From contig OZ024740.1 in assembly GCA_964016885.1 (NCBI GenBank), forward strand, positions 281,914,001 to 281,978,000: a stretch of 64,000 bases of DNA, in the 5' to 3' direction. Below the pieces are notes generated by a model. The model had not been told where the DNA came from and made no database searches. It saw only the letters and a list, made by a program, of their open reading frames with translations. This DNA is from Eledone cirrhosa (taxonomy: Eukaryota). The position numbers and the translations under genes were made by a program. The stretch's first letter is position 1. The number at the start of each line of letters is the position of its first letter. Positions 44,984-58,352 of this stretch are shown in pieces.

Positions 44984-45776
44984 TCTCTCTATATATATAT
45001 AAAACTGAGGATGTCTGTCTGTGTGTGTGAGTTTGAATCCCTAAAACTCGAGAAACACCCAACCGACTGTTTTCAAACTTTACACATATAATACTTATGT
45101 TTCAGGGAGTGTTCTGAGCCAAAAAAATTTCAAATTTTCAATGCCCTAGGGACTGCATTAGGCGATTTAGCGATCTCTCTCTAATTCCTAGTCTTTCTCT
45201 TTTTAGATAGATACATACATATAACGTTGCGTCCTTATAATATCTGTCTGTATGTCTGACTGTCTGCATTTCGTCACTTCTCTGAGGATGTCTGTGTGTG
45301 CGTGTGTGTCTGTGAGTTTGAATCCCGAAAACTAGAGAAGTACCCAACTGACTTTCAAACTTTACATGTGTATTATGTATGTTTCAGGGAGTGTTATGCA
45401 CATAAAAAAATTCAACTTTTTGATCCCCTAAGGCTCGCATTAGTTGAAAAACTCCATTCTTTCAGGTTTTTAGGGGTTTTTTGAGTCGTTATGCCAGACT
45501 GATTTCCTTGAAATTGTAACTATGTATTAGTCAGTCTCTTCTTCATACCGTGAGCAAAGAAAATGCAACTTTTTTATGGTCTAGGGCCCACATTAGGTGA
45601 AAACCTGCATTTTTCCTGCTTCACCGAGGAAAATCTTAAAGATTATCCAACCATCAGATTATTCGGTTTATTTTCTTTACATATTGTCCACGCATGCCCT
45701 TTTCTTTACATATTGTCTGTTGGCAGCCTGCGTTCCAAAATACCTTATCCCGTGCAACGCCGGGTACCACTGCTAG
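44984..45776 (+). mobile_element. Non-autonomous Helitron
   Basis: A|TC start; cccgtgcaacgccggg hairpin; CTAG|T end. Confidence 0.88.
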
Positions 45777-45977
45777 TTCTATATACAGGCGCAGTCAAAT
45801 TTTGACTAGCTCCCCATAGTAGAGTATGTAGAGTTTTTTTTTGTTCATCTGATTGTATATATACACACACACACACACACACGTACATATATATATATAA
45901 TTTTATTTAACTTAAAAATGACACAGGATTATTAGTTTCATTTAGTGATAAAATCATAAGAAAGTGTGTTGCCTTAA

Positions 45978-46159
45978 CCCTTTAGCATTTAAACCGGACG
46001 TATCCGGCCAGAATTCTCTCGCCTCTTTCTGTTCAAACTGGTGTTAAGGTATTGTTCTCAAAATAAATATCAAAATCTCATAGATTTGATATTATGTGAG
46101 GTAAACCCTTTGCTGTGAAAAAATAATAGTAAATATAGAGTAAAGTAAATGCTAAAGGG
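45978..46159. mobile_element. piggyBac-like MITE (opposite orientation to the 4356 copy)
   Basis: TTAA flanks, CCCTTTAGCATTTA TIRs. Confidence 0.88.
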
Positions 46160-48239
46160 TTAATTGGGGCTTCTTTCTGTTCTTCCCTTTTATATATATA
46201 TATGTAGTTGATAGAGTGCTGTTATTTCTGAAAATGATATATTCACTGGAACTGACTGCACATGATATTAACGTGTAATAAACAGACACATGCATTCATA
46301 ATGTAGTTTTCAGGGAGATTCAGCATGTCACAAACTATGACGAAGCTGGACCCTTGAATTACAAGTACAACTCCATCAGAGCAACCAGTACCAATCTGGT
46401 GGGTTGGTGGAGCAATGTGGATAGATCTGGGCTTCTGAGAAGATTCAACGCTTGGGTCTTCAAACATGGGATTCTCCTGAGTATGTTTAAGCATCTACTG
46501 ATCTACAAAGTCTCCATATGACTGCAGCAGAGACTTTAAGTGCAAAGTGAGTTGCCATCTTCGTAGATGGTTTTGTTTGCCATGCAGTTGGAGCAGCATT
46601 GGACTGTATGGGGGGCATCAATAAGCTCAGAGAAAAGTTCATGGTAGCATGGTTACAAGAACATCTGCAGTACACTGGATCAAGTGATTGTAAAGTGGCT
46701 GGTGCAGGAACTGCTGTGAAAATTGGAAGGAAGTGAAAGGCAGTCCAACAGACTGAAGCACAAGTGCCTTCTTGGGAGAATGGTAAAGGACTGGGCTGGA
46801 CTCGGTAGTTCAACATCAACCCCATTGGACACTGCAAACAGGAAAGAGAGATGGAAGCTGGTGCAGGCTTCAGTGGAGGAGCTAGCAACCTAATCAGAGA
46901 CGATGAAACAGCAGGGTGCTTGGATGAAATGTGAACAGGTGGTGAAGTGAAACATCACCTGGCAAGATATTTGGAAGTGGAACCTACAAAGGTTCTAGTT
47001 CTTGATTTCGAGAGGCTATGATGTCTTGCCCTTTATATTCAACTTTATGGGGCAAAATGCAAACACCAACATGATCCCTTTGTTCCAAAGCAGGAATTCT
47101 TAAGTATATCCTGAGCAGCTACTTCAAAACAATGAACAAAGGACATTATCATCAGGGGATCAAAGATAGCAGGCACACACATGCTATAGCTAAGATCATA
47201 TTTGTCAGGGAAGGTGTGACTCTAAAATTATTAACACCAAAACATTAACCAAAGAAGCCACTCGAAACAAGTTGTTGAATCTAAATATTTATTAGACAGA
47301 AAGAAAGCTATGTTGAAGAACAGATATTGTAAGAAATCCTAAAATAACTTGATGGCTACATAATATAGCCAATAGAATAAAGCAATCATTTCAGGAACAT
47401 TTAAAAAAAATGAGAAACATGATAATTCTGTATAAATGTATTATTTTAAATCTTGTCATCATCGTTTTTTCATGGTTGCATTCCATCCATGACAATTCAG
47501 TCAATATAGATTTACTATCAGTGGTTACCAGCTTTTTCACTACCCAGGTCTTCTTTTACTTAAATGAATATTCCCATGGTTACTCCCCTCCTAGATTGTT
47601 ATACAGTGATAATAATTGTTTCTACTTTTGGCACAAGGCCAACAATTACTCAGTGCATTACTGGTACTTTATTTTATCGATCCCATAAGGATGAAAGGCA
47701 AAGTTAACCTTGGTGTAATTTGAACTCAGAATGGCAAGGGCCGTAACTCTATGCGTCAAAGCATGGTGTCCGACCCTCTACCGATACTAATGTTTATACT
47801 TGTAGATGAACAGTGTGTGAATATTATGTATTTATTATTCTTTTCACTTAGCTCATGGAACCCAAGTTTTACCTTTATGGATACGTGAGAGTTGTTGGGC
47901 CACAAGCTGGTAACTGCTCATGTATATAATATATGTAAAATCTATATCAATATAGACTATCTGTAAAATATGCAATGGAATGCTGTAAAAAGCACCCCTA
48001 AAAGTTTTGATTGTACACAGATTTCTATTTTTTAACCAGGGAAAAGTCTGATACTACAAAATAAATAAATAAATAACAAAGATCATTTTTTACAAATTCA
48101 ATTTTTTTCAATACCCTCTTTTCTGTTTAATCCTAACTATAAACTCTGAACTGTAACTATAACCATAACCATAAAGCTTAAAACCTAAACCTAAACTCTA
48201 ATGATAAACTTAAACATTAACACTAAACTCTATATACTG

Positions 48240-48570
48240 TGGTGGAGTTGGAGTTTACTGCATTTCCAAAGTGGAATATGTTCTGCTCGTGATGACTTAT
48301 GGAAGTGAGACATGGGCACTTAATACCTCCACTGCAGAGACTCTGGCAGTGGCCCAATATAAAATGGAGTGAATTGTGCTCAGTATTACCTTATGGGACA
48401 GGAAGAGCAACACCTGGATTTGATAGTAGACTTGAGTGAAAGACATAATTGAGACCATCAAGAAAGGGAAACATATATGGCTCGGCCACAACTCTTGTCT
48501 GAGAGACTACAGTTGGAATATTAGAGTGACAGAGTGGATACCAAGGCAGTGGAGAAGAACTGGAGTGTGG
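48240..48570 (+). mobile_element. Degenerate RTE-type LINE fragment
   Basis: MTYGSETWAL, DIIETIKK.K..W.GH, W..RVTEWIPR. Confidence 0.65.
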
Positions 48571-49383
48571 CACCTGCGAGAAGTCAAACCCCGCATCTTT
48601 TGTATACTGGACGAAGGCGATAACACTACACTAAAGAGCTGCTCACCATCAATTTCATTTTTTTAGAAGATTTTAAGCCTGTAACTAGACGTGTAAATAA
48701 TATGATTGATGTAGGAAGCATTGGAAAAATTTGAAATGTGTGCATCTTATCGCAAACGACCATAATAGTAGTCGATCAGTGTAAAATCGGGTAAAGTACC
48801 CCCAGGAGACGAAAAACGTGGACAGAGTGCCTGCTAAGAATTGATTCCCGTATCTCTCGAATGCCGAACGAGTACTATATTTGATTTTCTCATTTATTAT
48901 TTAAAGTGCTCAACAGTTATTATGATCATTTGTGTTAGGACACACGCATTTCAAATGTGTGGCGGGTAGACAGAAATAAATAAAACGAAGCAGGAGGAGA
49001 AAAGATGAGTTGAAGAGAAAAAACATGATAAATGAGAGATTGAAAGAAAAAAAAAAACTGAGATGAAGCGAGAGATCGTGTTTAACTCTGTATGATATAT
49101 ATATATATATTGCTCACAAACACTGCTACTCAACTAATTATTTCTTCTATTATCCTTTCATATTCCATTACAACTTTCAGTTTTTCGATTCCCTTTCTTG
49201 ATTACTTCCGATGGGTGTCTCAAACATGTTTTGGTTCAAAGATTACTTTGTGATACATCTAGATGTCCATGCAAATTTGGTAAAAAATTGTTTAATAAAT
49301 ATTGACGTTGTACTTCCCTCGGATACAAGCCCAAGCTGAAGCATATAGACAATATGCCCCCCCCCCCTCCCGCACTCCCATTT

Positions 49384-49653
49384 CAAAGTGGTCGTGGAGG
49401 TGTCACGACAAAAAAAAAAACACCCACTCCACACTGTAAAGTGGTCGTGTAGGCGCCACGGTAAAAAAGCACCCAATACTCACTGTAAATGAGGTTGGTG
49501 TTAAGAAGGGCATCCATCTATAGAAATCAAGCCAAAATCAGTTCCCGTATGAGTAAGACATGGTCACCCGCCTGGCATTGCTTACAACAGGACAAACCGT
49601 CTAACCCATGCTAGAGTGGAAGAATGGACGTAAAACGATGATGATGATGATGA
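49384..49653 (+). mobile_element. RTE-tail/family-A SINE 3' portion
   Basis: aaaagcaccc..., ggacgtaaaacgatgatgat tail. Confidence 0.78.
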
Positions 49654-50256
49654 TTATGTTGTTTCGTACTTATACAGACTAGCAACGTAAATTTATTGTT
49701 CTATAACGATGAATAGATGAAAAATATATTCTTCTGTGATAATTTTGTGAATTCATATTAGATATAAACTATTTACCTCCATGCATTTCAACATCAAGAA
49801 ATCCCAACTATGCATCTACTACACAGAAAGACATGTCATCAGCTAACAACAAATGTATGTAAAACAAACTGAAGATATAAGCCACATTATTATATGTATG
49901 GGTGGTGAATTGGTAGTATCGGTAGAGCGTCAGACAGTTTTACAGCATAGAATTATGGCCCTTTATGTTCTGAGTTCAAATTCCGCAGAGGTTAACTTTG
50001 CCTTTCATCCTGACGGGGGTCGATAAAATAAAGTACCAGTAATGCACTGGGTAATTACTGGCCTTGTGCCAAAAGTAGAAACAATTATTATATGTATGTA
50101 CTCGCAACTCCTGATCGAGTCGTAGGGGTGCCGTAATAACATGCAGCGTTTCTTGGGCACTTTGTAAACCTGGCTGAACATATCTCTTCTCCAGAAGCCA
50201 CATGAAAGAATGTCATCTTGATACTACATTCCGATTAGAAATATTGTTTTCCATGT

Positions 50257-50593
50257 GGAGGCACATGGCTTAGTGGTTAGAGCATTGGCCTTGCAATCGA
50301 AAGGTTGTGAGTTCAATTCTCAGACCGGGTGATGTGTTATTTCCTTGAGCAAGACACTTTATTTCACATTGCTCCAGTTTACTCAGCTGTAGAAATGAGA
50401 TGATAGGGACTGGGGTCCATATCATTCCACTGCAAAGTGGTCGTGGAGGTGCCACAGCAAAAAAGCACCCAGCACTCACTGTAAATGAGGTTGGTGTTAG
50501 GAAGGGCATCCAGCTGTAGAAATCAAGCCAGAATCAGTTCCCGTCCCACCCTTGCAAGCAGGGAAAAGTGGACGTAAAATGATATATGATGAT
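50257..50593 (+). mobile_element. Full-length family-A (tRNA-CORE-RTE tail) SINE
   Basis: A/B boxes, CORE-like block, RTE 3'UTR-like tail. Confidence 0.88.
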
Positions 50594-50924
50594 ATGTGTA
50601 ATCCAGATTTTTCTTATAGACATAGCAATCTAGAAAATACAGGGAAAGACAAAAAAAACAACAACAAAAAGAATTAGTATAGAGAATAAAAATGCTACCA
50701 AATTAAAGTAAAACCGACCCGATATTTGATTTAACGCCACAGATTATGAATATGATCTATTGTGGACAATAGCTGCCTCACTTCATATTAATGAGACTTA
50801 AAGGGAAAGAAGAATATATATCGGCCATTGAAGAAGAGTTTTCAAATGCAATGCCCAAAATCCACTTTCCACAGGTGGCCGTTTAAAATAAACAGTAAAT
50901 CAAAGAGAAAATACAAACTTACAT

Positions 50925-51258
50925 AAAGGGTAAAGAATCCCCTTGTGTTACGAATGACCATGGGATTTACACCCAGAAAGTTTCCCTTGCGAGGCACAAG
51001 CCTGGACAAGGTTGTTTATAGAAGACCAGCAGTTACTCATGCACACCAGTCTCCCCTCTCCAGGCCACTGATTTTTTTGGCAAAGGCTGATACAGCTTGG
51101 TACCAGTGACGTCACAACTAGTTTCTACAGCTGAGTGGACTGGAGCAACGGGAAATAAAGTGTCTTGTTCAAGGACACAGCGCATCATCCAGTCCAGGAA
51201 TCGAACTCACAACCTAACGATTGTACCTTCAACGCTATAACTACTAAGCCATGCGTGC
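50925..51258 (-). mobile_element. CORE-type SINE with a different 3' tail
   Basis: tRNA head (GAGTTCGATTCC), ccttgaacaagacactttattt core, tail unlike family A. Confidence 0.7.
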
Positions 51259-51941
51259 ATACATAGATTCTAATTTGTACAAAATGTTTTATTGTAAAAA
51301 ATGTGTCTTTTGTGTTTATGAAAACGGAAAAGGAAGGGAAAGACAAGGGCTCTAGGGTCACAGAAGAATGGGAGGGAAAAGTGGGAGGGTGATGGGCGCG
51401 GTGGTGTTGGGGCTGCAAAGCATTCCCGTGGAATGTACATGATTTGTACATAATTTTTAGTCAATTACTTAATTTTAGTGCTCAAGATCTTCTAGACTAA
51501 TTTCAAATCTTTGGCAACATAACACAGTATATACAAGTATATTCATACTTATCTCTCTGTCTCGATTTAACATCCAATAAAACACAGAACTTTGTTTATA
51601 TTGTAGCAAAGCCAAGCAACTCTTTTCTTGCCAATTCGATACTATCTCTGAAATCAGTATGAGAAACACAAATCTTAACATTTGCCCAATTTATTCAGTT
51701 TTTGAAACAGACCCTTCCAAGTTATTAAAAATGGAATTATTTTGACAATATTTAAGGCTTCTATTCGTCTTCTCTACCAGGTTTCAATATGTTCTACTAT
51801 TTCATAGTAGCTCATATTTCCTTTTTTTTTCTTCTTTTATCTATTTTCATTACGGCTGTCATTTTATTTCCTTCAACTACATCGTTTGTGGTTCAATATC
51901 TTAATTAAGATCTTCCATTTCTGCCACATGTATAATGTTAC

Positions 51942-52118
<177 letters not shown>

Positions 52119-52511
52119 ATACTGATTATTTTCCTTTGATCTACCATTCATGTATTGTTGGTTCTTTTCACTTTTTATTCGTCTTTACTTTCGTTTTCAA
52201 TCTTCAAGACACCCAGTAGTTCGTAATATGATTCCTCCACTTTTGTCTCATTTTAAATTGGAATTTAATGTTTGTAAATTGAGAAATTTTGAAAGGTTGC
52301 TGTCGAATGATTCCAATTTAAGAAAAGTGCAGTCATAATATGTCTACTAGTTTTCAAGTAAATATATTCTGAATCAATGTGAATATTTGAATTGCTATTT
52401 ATACATCAAATAGTTATCAAATCTATAATAGTGTATAAATCTACTCAGTTAACTAAATCAGAGGCACTATTCAATATTATCCCAAACACACACAATCACA
52501 ACAGTGATTTA

Positions 52512-53534
52512 CACGGGTCAGCTGAAAAGTTCATATGTTGACTATGAAGGAGTGATGCTTGGGCTGTGAAATCTTGCATGCATTAATTTCAATTCTTATT
52601 ATTAATAAGGCGGTAGATTGGTAGTATCCGTAGAGGGTCGGACGCCATGCTTTGAAGCATAGAGTTACAACCCTTTACGATCTGAGTTCAAATCCCGCCG
52701 AGGTTAACTTTGCCTTTCATCCTTACGAGGTCGATAAAATAAAGTACCAGTCACGCACTGGGGTCAATTTAATCGACTTTCCCCTCCCTCCAAAATTGCT
52801 GGCCTTGTGCCTATATAAGAAACCCTTATCAATAAGGCGGTGAATTGGCAGTATTAGTAGAGCGTCAGACACCATACTTTGCAGCATAAAGTTATGCCCC
52901 TTTACGTTCTCATTTCAAATCCCACAGAGGTTAGCTTTGCCTTTCATCCTTACGGGGTCGATAAAATAAAGGGTAATTGCTGGCCTTATGCCAAAAGTAG
53001 TAGAGACAATTATTAATAACTGCATTAGGACTGTGGATTGGCATAATCGGTAGAGCTTCAAACAACATGCTTAGTGACATATAGTTATGGCCCTTTACGT
53101 TCTGAGTTCAAATCTCGCCATACTTAGCTATGACTTTCATCCTTACGGGGTCGATAAAATAAAGTACCAGTAATACACTGAGTAATTGCTAGCCTTGTGC
53201 CAAAAGTAGAAACAATTATTATTAATAATAGGCCGAAGGTTGGCAGTATCGGTAGAGGGTCGGACCCCATGCTTTGACGCATAGAGTTACGGCCCTTGCC
53301 ATTCTGAGTTCAAATCCCGCCGAGGTTAACTTTGCCTTTCATCGTTACGGGGTCGATAAAATAAAATACCAGTAATGTACTGGATATTTGCTGGCCTTGT
53401 GCCAAAAGTAGAAACAATTATTATTAATAATAACTGCATTGTTTCTTTCCAGGGACTATGTTGAAAAATAAACCTCATTTGGTCATTTCATGAGAGTATC
53501 TTGATCAGACACTGAACTTTTCAGCCGATCCTCG
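52512..53534. mobile_element. mariner-like MITE containing four head-to-tail family-B SINEs (~52608-53430, +)
   Basis: TIRs cacgggtcagctgaaaagttca / tgaacttttcagccgatcctcg with TA flanks; SINEs separated by ttattaataa-like sequence. Confidence 0.8.
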
Positions 53535-53787
53535 TAGAAATATAGATCATTAGAATATTAGTTGTTTACTTGATAAATACCTAAATATAATCTTGCCATT
53601 ACAGTTGCTCTGTACGTCATGTAAAGCTAATATAGAATTGCTTTGTATTATTATCAATTACTATAATTTTCAGTAAACATTGTATTTAAAAAAACAAACT
53701 ATTATTTGATAGTTCTGGAGAAATCGATGTCGATGGTGTTGTGTTTAAATTGTTGTAGATCCTCTCCTTTGGGAAAGAGGTGATCAG

Positions 53788-54176
53788 GAAGGGTGTAATA
53801 ATGGTTTCTTATATAAGCACAAGGCCAGCAATTTTGAAGGAGGGGAAAGTCGATTAAATTGACCCCAGCCTGGTAATTTATTTTATTGACCCCGTAAGGA
53901 TGAAAGACTAAGCTAACCTCGGCGGGATTTGAAATCAGATCATAAAGGGCCGTAAAGGAAGGGTGTAATAATTGTTTCTACTTTTGGCACAAGGCCAGCA
54001 ATTACCTAGTGTATTACTGGTACTTTATTTTATCAACCCCATAAGGATGAAAGGCAGAGTTAACCTCGGCGGGATTTGAACTCAGAATGGCAAAGGTCGT
54101 AACTCTATGCGTCAAAGCATGGCGTCCGACCCTCTACCGATACTGCCAATCCACCACCCTTGAAGGGTGTAATAAT
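53788..54176 (-). mobile_element. Two tandem family-B SINEs with a triplicated 15-bp target
   Basis: gaagggtgtaataat at 53788, 53958 and 54162. Confidence 0.85.
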
Positions 54177-54403
54177 GGCAGCGGTTCTAGGTAAAAATGG
54201 ATAAAACATGGGTGATAAAAGGAGAGATAAATAGAGATGGTATGAGTTTCACCAGCTCCGAAGAGCTGAAACCATGGGAGTAGCGCAAGAAGAGGCTGTG
54301 ACAGCAGGAGGCAGCACGTCTATGAGACGGAGACTGATGAATGTCAGAAAGTGGTTCTAAACCGATTAGCTGAGGGGTTTTTTTTTCCGGATGTGGTCTA
54401 GAA

Positions 54404-54688
54404 CAGCCATGGGCAACCTGCGGCCCGCGAAGCTTTCTCGCCTAAGTCACCTAAGTGAAATCTTTCAGATGTTTTTACCCCAACTTTTCAGTCGTAATTT
54501 ATCTTTCTATCATTTTTACGATCGAGGAAAACAACATGTACGAATTTTGAAGAAACAAATCAAAACAACCTGAGTTACCACCCTTTTTTTAAAGTGTGGG
54601 CACGAATGTAAATTAGCGCTTGCGGCCCGCCTGATGATGAGCCATATCCTATGCGGCCCGCTTCTCGAAAGAATGTTGCCTATGCCTG
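54404..54688. mobile_element. hAT (Charlie-like) MITE
   Basis: TIR cag.cat.ggcaac, 8-bp TSD gtctagaa, subterminal gcggcccgc. Confidence 0.87.
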
Positions 54689-55141
54689 GTCTAGAATGTC
54701 AGTATGAACAACTGCAGCACCGCACTAAAATGTGAGAACAACACTCTATTGTAGTTCTTGTAGAGAGTCAGAGGTGTTTTGAGGATATTCATCTTCATTA
54801 TCACTTCTATATACGGGGTCGATAAAATAAAGTACCAGTAATGCACTGGGGAAATTGCTGGCCTTGTGCCAAAAGTAGAAACAATTATCACTTCTATCTT
54901 TCCTTCAGCCTTGAGGGTCATCGGAGGAACACCAATGATTTTAGATCATCATTCTTTGTGTTCGATTCCTGTTAAAAATGCCATAGTTGTTCACCCTACC
55001 CCACCTGCTTGCTTTCTTCGTCCACATGGAAGATGTAATTTATGGTCATGGATTATTCTATGGAGTTCTTAATCGGAGTTAAATGTATGCATAAACGTAT
55101 GCAATGCGAAACCAACAAGGTATTCCGAATATTAGTCTTAA

Positions 55142-56200
55142 TTCTTCTTCTTCTTCTTCTTCTTCTTCTTCTTCTTCTTCTTCTTCTTCTCCCCCCCCCC
55201 CTCCTCCTATTCCTCCCCCCTCCTCCTCCTCCTCCTCCCACTTATTCCCGAGAAGGTCGCCTAGGAAGAGTCCTCAAACAATCCTTTCAGTAGGACCTAT
55301 CAGAAGCAACCGTTTCCAACTGTTCCGGCTGGATCTCCAAGCGAGACTAGTCAACCACATGGATATTATCCAACCATCTTGCTCAGTTGGTTTTATCTGT
55401 AAAATCTGTCCAGCGATTCTTTCCTGAGACAATCTACCCACATGCTCATAGTATCGGAGAAGTAGCACCTCTTCTACCTGGAGTGACTCGCAGATATCCG
55501 AGCTACGCACTCTATCGAGTAACGTTATTCCAAAGACCCTTCAGAGCAACCCCATTTTGGTCGCCTGTATTCGCAATCGTATTCTTTCGGTCATTACTCA
55601 AGATTCATGGCCATAGGTAAGGGCTGGCACAAATACTGAATTGACGATAGTGAGTGTGACTTTTACACATACCTCCCTTCATCTGATTACCGAACAGGAG
55701 AGGTGACAGTACACATCCTTGGCGCAGTCAGACTCTCACTTTGAATGGTTTCGATTTAGCACCATTTATCCGAACACAAATACTCGGGCATTTCTGTAGA
55801 GACATCAAAGTAAGAAAAAGCTGACTATCGAAACCATACTCCTGCAGAACCTTCCACAGCAGGTCCCGAGGAACGCGGTCATATGCCTTTTCGAGGTCTA
55901 CAAAACAGGAATATACCTCTTGGCAATACTTCCAAGATTTATCGAAAACTTACCGCAGTGTAAATATTTGGTCGGCTGTGCTACTTCCGGGACGAGAACC
56001 GCACTGTTCATCAGCTAGCGTGAACTCAACAATCTCCCTTCATCTTTTTGCCAGACACTTTGCATAAACTTTACCAGGGAAGCTTAACAAAAAGATCCCT
56101 CAGTAATTGATGCAATCACTCTTGTCTCCTTTTTGAAAATTGGGATTATCACTCCCGATTGCCGGACCAACTAACTGGTGCAATAACCCAGACGCATTGG
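55142..56200 (-). mobile_element. Degenerate RTE-type LINE with (GAA)n/(GGA)n tail
   Basis: CFVDLEKAYDRVPR on the minus strand near 55870-55910; C-terminus shared with the 41.6 kb copy; (CTT)n at 55142-55190. Confidence 0.78.
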
Positions 56201-56783
56201 TGTCATCAGACACGCCTACGTTTTTATTCTTCTGACCAATCAGTGACTTAGACCGATACTATATTAGCAGATGTCTCTGATCACAGAGGAGAGAATTGAC
56301 TTGCTGTCGTTGTTATAGGCGGCTTTTGGCTATGTAACCAAGCCCGAGATGCAGTAACCCACGGTACCAATAGTCACAGTGTTTTTGTTAGTCGTTGTAG
56401 CAGCGGTAGTCATAGGAGATATGGCAGCGACAGCCGGTGAACCAGCTATAAAGAACTTTACATAGTTGTTTCATATATCTAGTTTAATGGTTTACAACTT
56501 TACGTTATCATTGGTTCACCAACTTAAGCACACGATGCGTAGGTGAGTCCGGTTTAGTATAGTAAGTGGTATTGTAGATTTGGTGTTATACTATGGTCGG
56601 TTTCTTTCATAAGCAGAGTGTTAATAATGATAATTGTTTCTACTTTTGGCATTTACCCAGTGCATTTACACAGTGCATTACTGGTACTTTATTTTATCGA
56701 CCCCGTAAGGATGAAAGGCAAAATTAATAATGATAATGAGTAGGAACGAAGTGTCAAAGTATCATTTATTTTATTCAGGTGTT

Positions 56784-56899
56784 ACGCGCGTTTCGCGATT
56801 GATCAGCTTAAGGAATCCACGAGTCTGATGAGCTATTGATTCCAAAGTCGGGCCCGATAGATGCGATCATACCTTAAGCTTATCAATCGCGAAACGCGC

Positions 56900-56901
<2 letters not shown>
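56784..56901 (+). ncRNA. Hammerhead-like motif inside a 30-bp inverted repeat
   Basis: CTGATGA at 56825, stem II GC.ATTGAT/ATCAAT.GC, GAAA, palindromic ACGCGCGT; arms 56784-56813 and 56872-56901 with one mismatch. Confidence 0.6.

Positions 56902-56987
<86 letters not shown>
56902..56987. repeat. (TA)n(TG)n microsatellite
   Basis: directly visible. Confidence 0.97.
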
Positions 56988-56991
<4 letters not shown>

Positions 56992-57522
56992 GGTATAAAT
57001 CGAAGTGGTAGCCGCAATATACCAGATACCAATAGAATTGTTTCAGACAGTCACAAAACGCTCAATGGTACGAAAATGTAATACATTTTCGTGAACATAG
57101 TGAATATAAAGTTAAAAAATTGTGACACCAAGAAAAGCGACCAACTATATATAGCCATTCTTATACCACAACAACGATAAATACAAACAAGTCGGAAGAC
57201 TAATCTGGACCGCCTAGAGTAAATACGTATCGATAGAAATCTATAAAAGTCTTCGATAGGTTACTGAGACAACAGAAAAACTGCACCACGAGTTGCATAA
57301 TGCATATGCAAGTCATAAATGCATTCTCGTGATGGAACAGGAGTTTTCTTCCTCAGCAGGATTTGCTCAATATTATCCAACGTGATTCCACCAGTAGACG
57401 TTGAGGCATATAGTTGTAAATTCTTCTGTGTCATCACGCAACTTTTCTCAAAAGAGGAAGGTCAAGTTTGCTGGCGGGTAAATTCAGATATTTTAGAAGC
57501 TGCTCCCAACAAGCATTTATAA

Positions 57523-57663
<141 letters not shown>

Positions 57664-58159
57664 CTCAAACGATATATGACCCTATTTCTCTCTCTCTAAA
57701 TATATCTTTTGAATTACACACACACACGAATATCTTAAAAGGAGAGATTACAGTCACTGTATTCTCTTTGTCAACTCATTTATTGTGTCACTGAGGTGTT
57801 TTGTTAAACGATAAGAGAGAATACGTTCTATTGTTTCGGTTTAACCAACTTTCTAATGCAAAACCTTTGGCATTTCAAAACACCTTTGTCTTGGTATCTT
57901 CTTACTTCGTTGGAATGTTATCAACGATAATATCGTTGACAACTTTTTAGAGCTTTAAGTATCATTTTGTTTCAAACTATACTGGTTCAACGCTATGTCA
58001 AATTCCATTATATTATATCTAGCAATAATCGCGTCAATATCAGTTATGTAGACATTAGTAATGATAGTGTTAATGAGTGTCCAGCAGACTTTTGGGGGTG
58101 ACTGGATAAATTGCGTTATGTTTTGGTAGCTATATTGATTACATCAAACTACGTTAATT

Positions 58160-58352
58160 AACTGTTTCTACTTTTGGCACAAACTCAGCAATAATCCAGT
58201 ACATTACTGGTACCTTTTTTTTATCGACCCCGTAAGGATGAAAGGCAAAGTTAACCTCGGCCGGCGGGATTTGAACTCAGACTGTAAAGGGACGTAACTA
58301 TGTTGGAAAGCATGGCGTCCGACCCTCTACCGATACTGCCAATCTACCGCCC
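58160..58352 (-). mobile_element. Full-length family-B SINE with TSD
   Basis: aactacgttaattaa on both sides. Confidence 0.85.

Noticed and set aside
50257-50330. Possible tRNA gene
   Set aside because: It is the A/B-box head of a multi-copy SINE and continues into CORE and RTE-tail sequence.
54246-54273. C(UUCG)G hairpin on the minus strand followed by GAAAC
   Set aside because: No upstream CUGANGA and no other support for a structured RNA.
55042-55427. poly-L/S/R/P ORFs
   Set aside because: (CTT)n/(CCT)n LINE tail.
57270-57480. Possible minus-strand exon of another gene
   Set aside because: No recognisable protein motif or partner exons.
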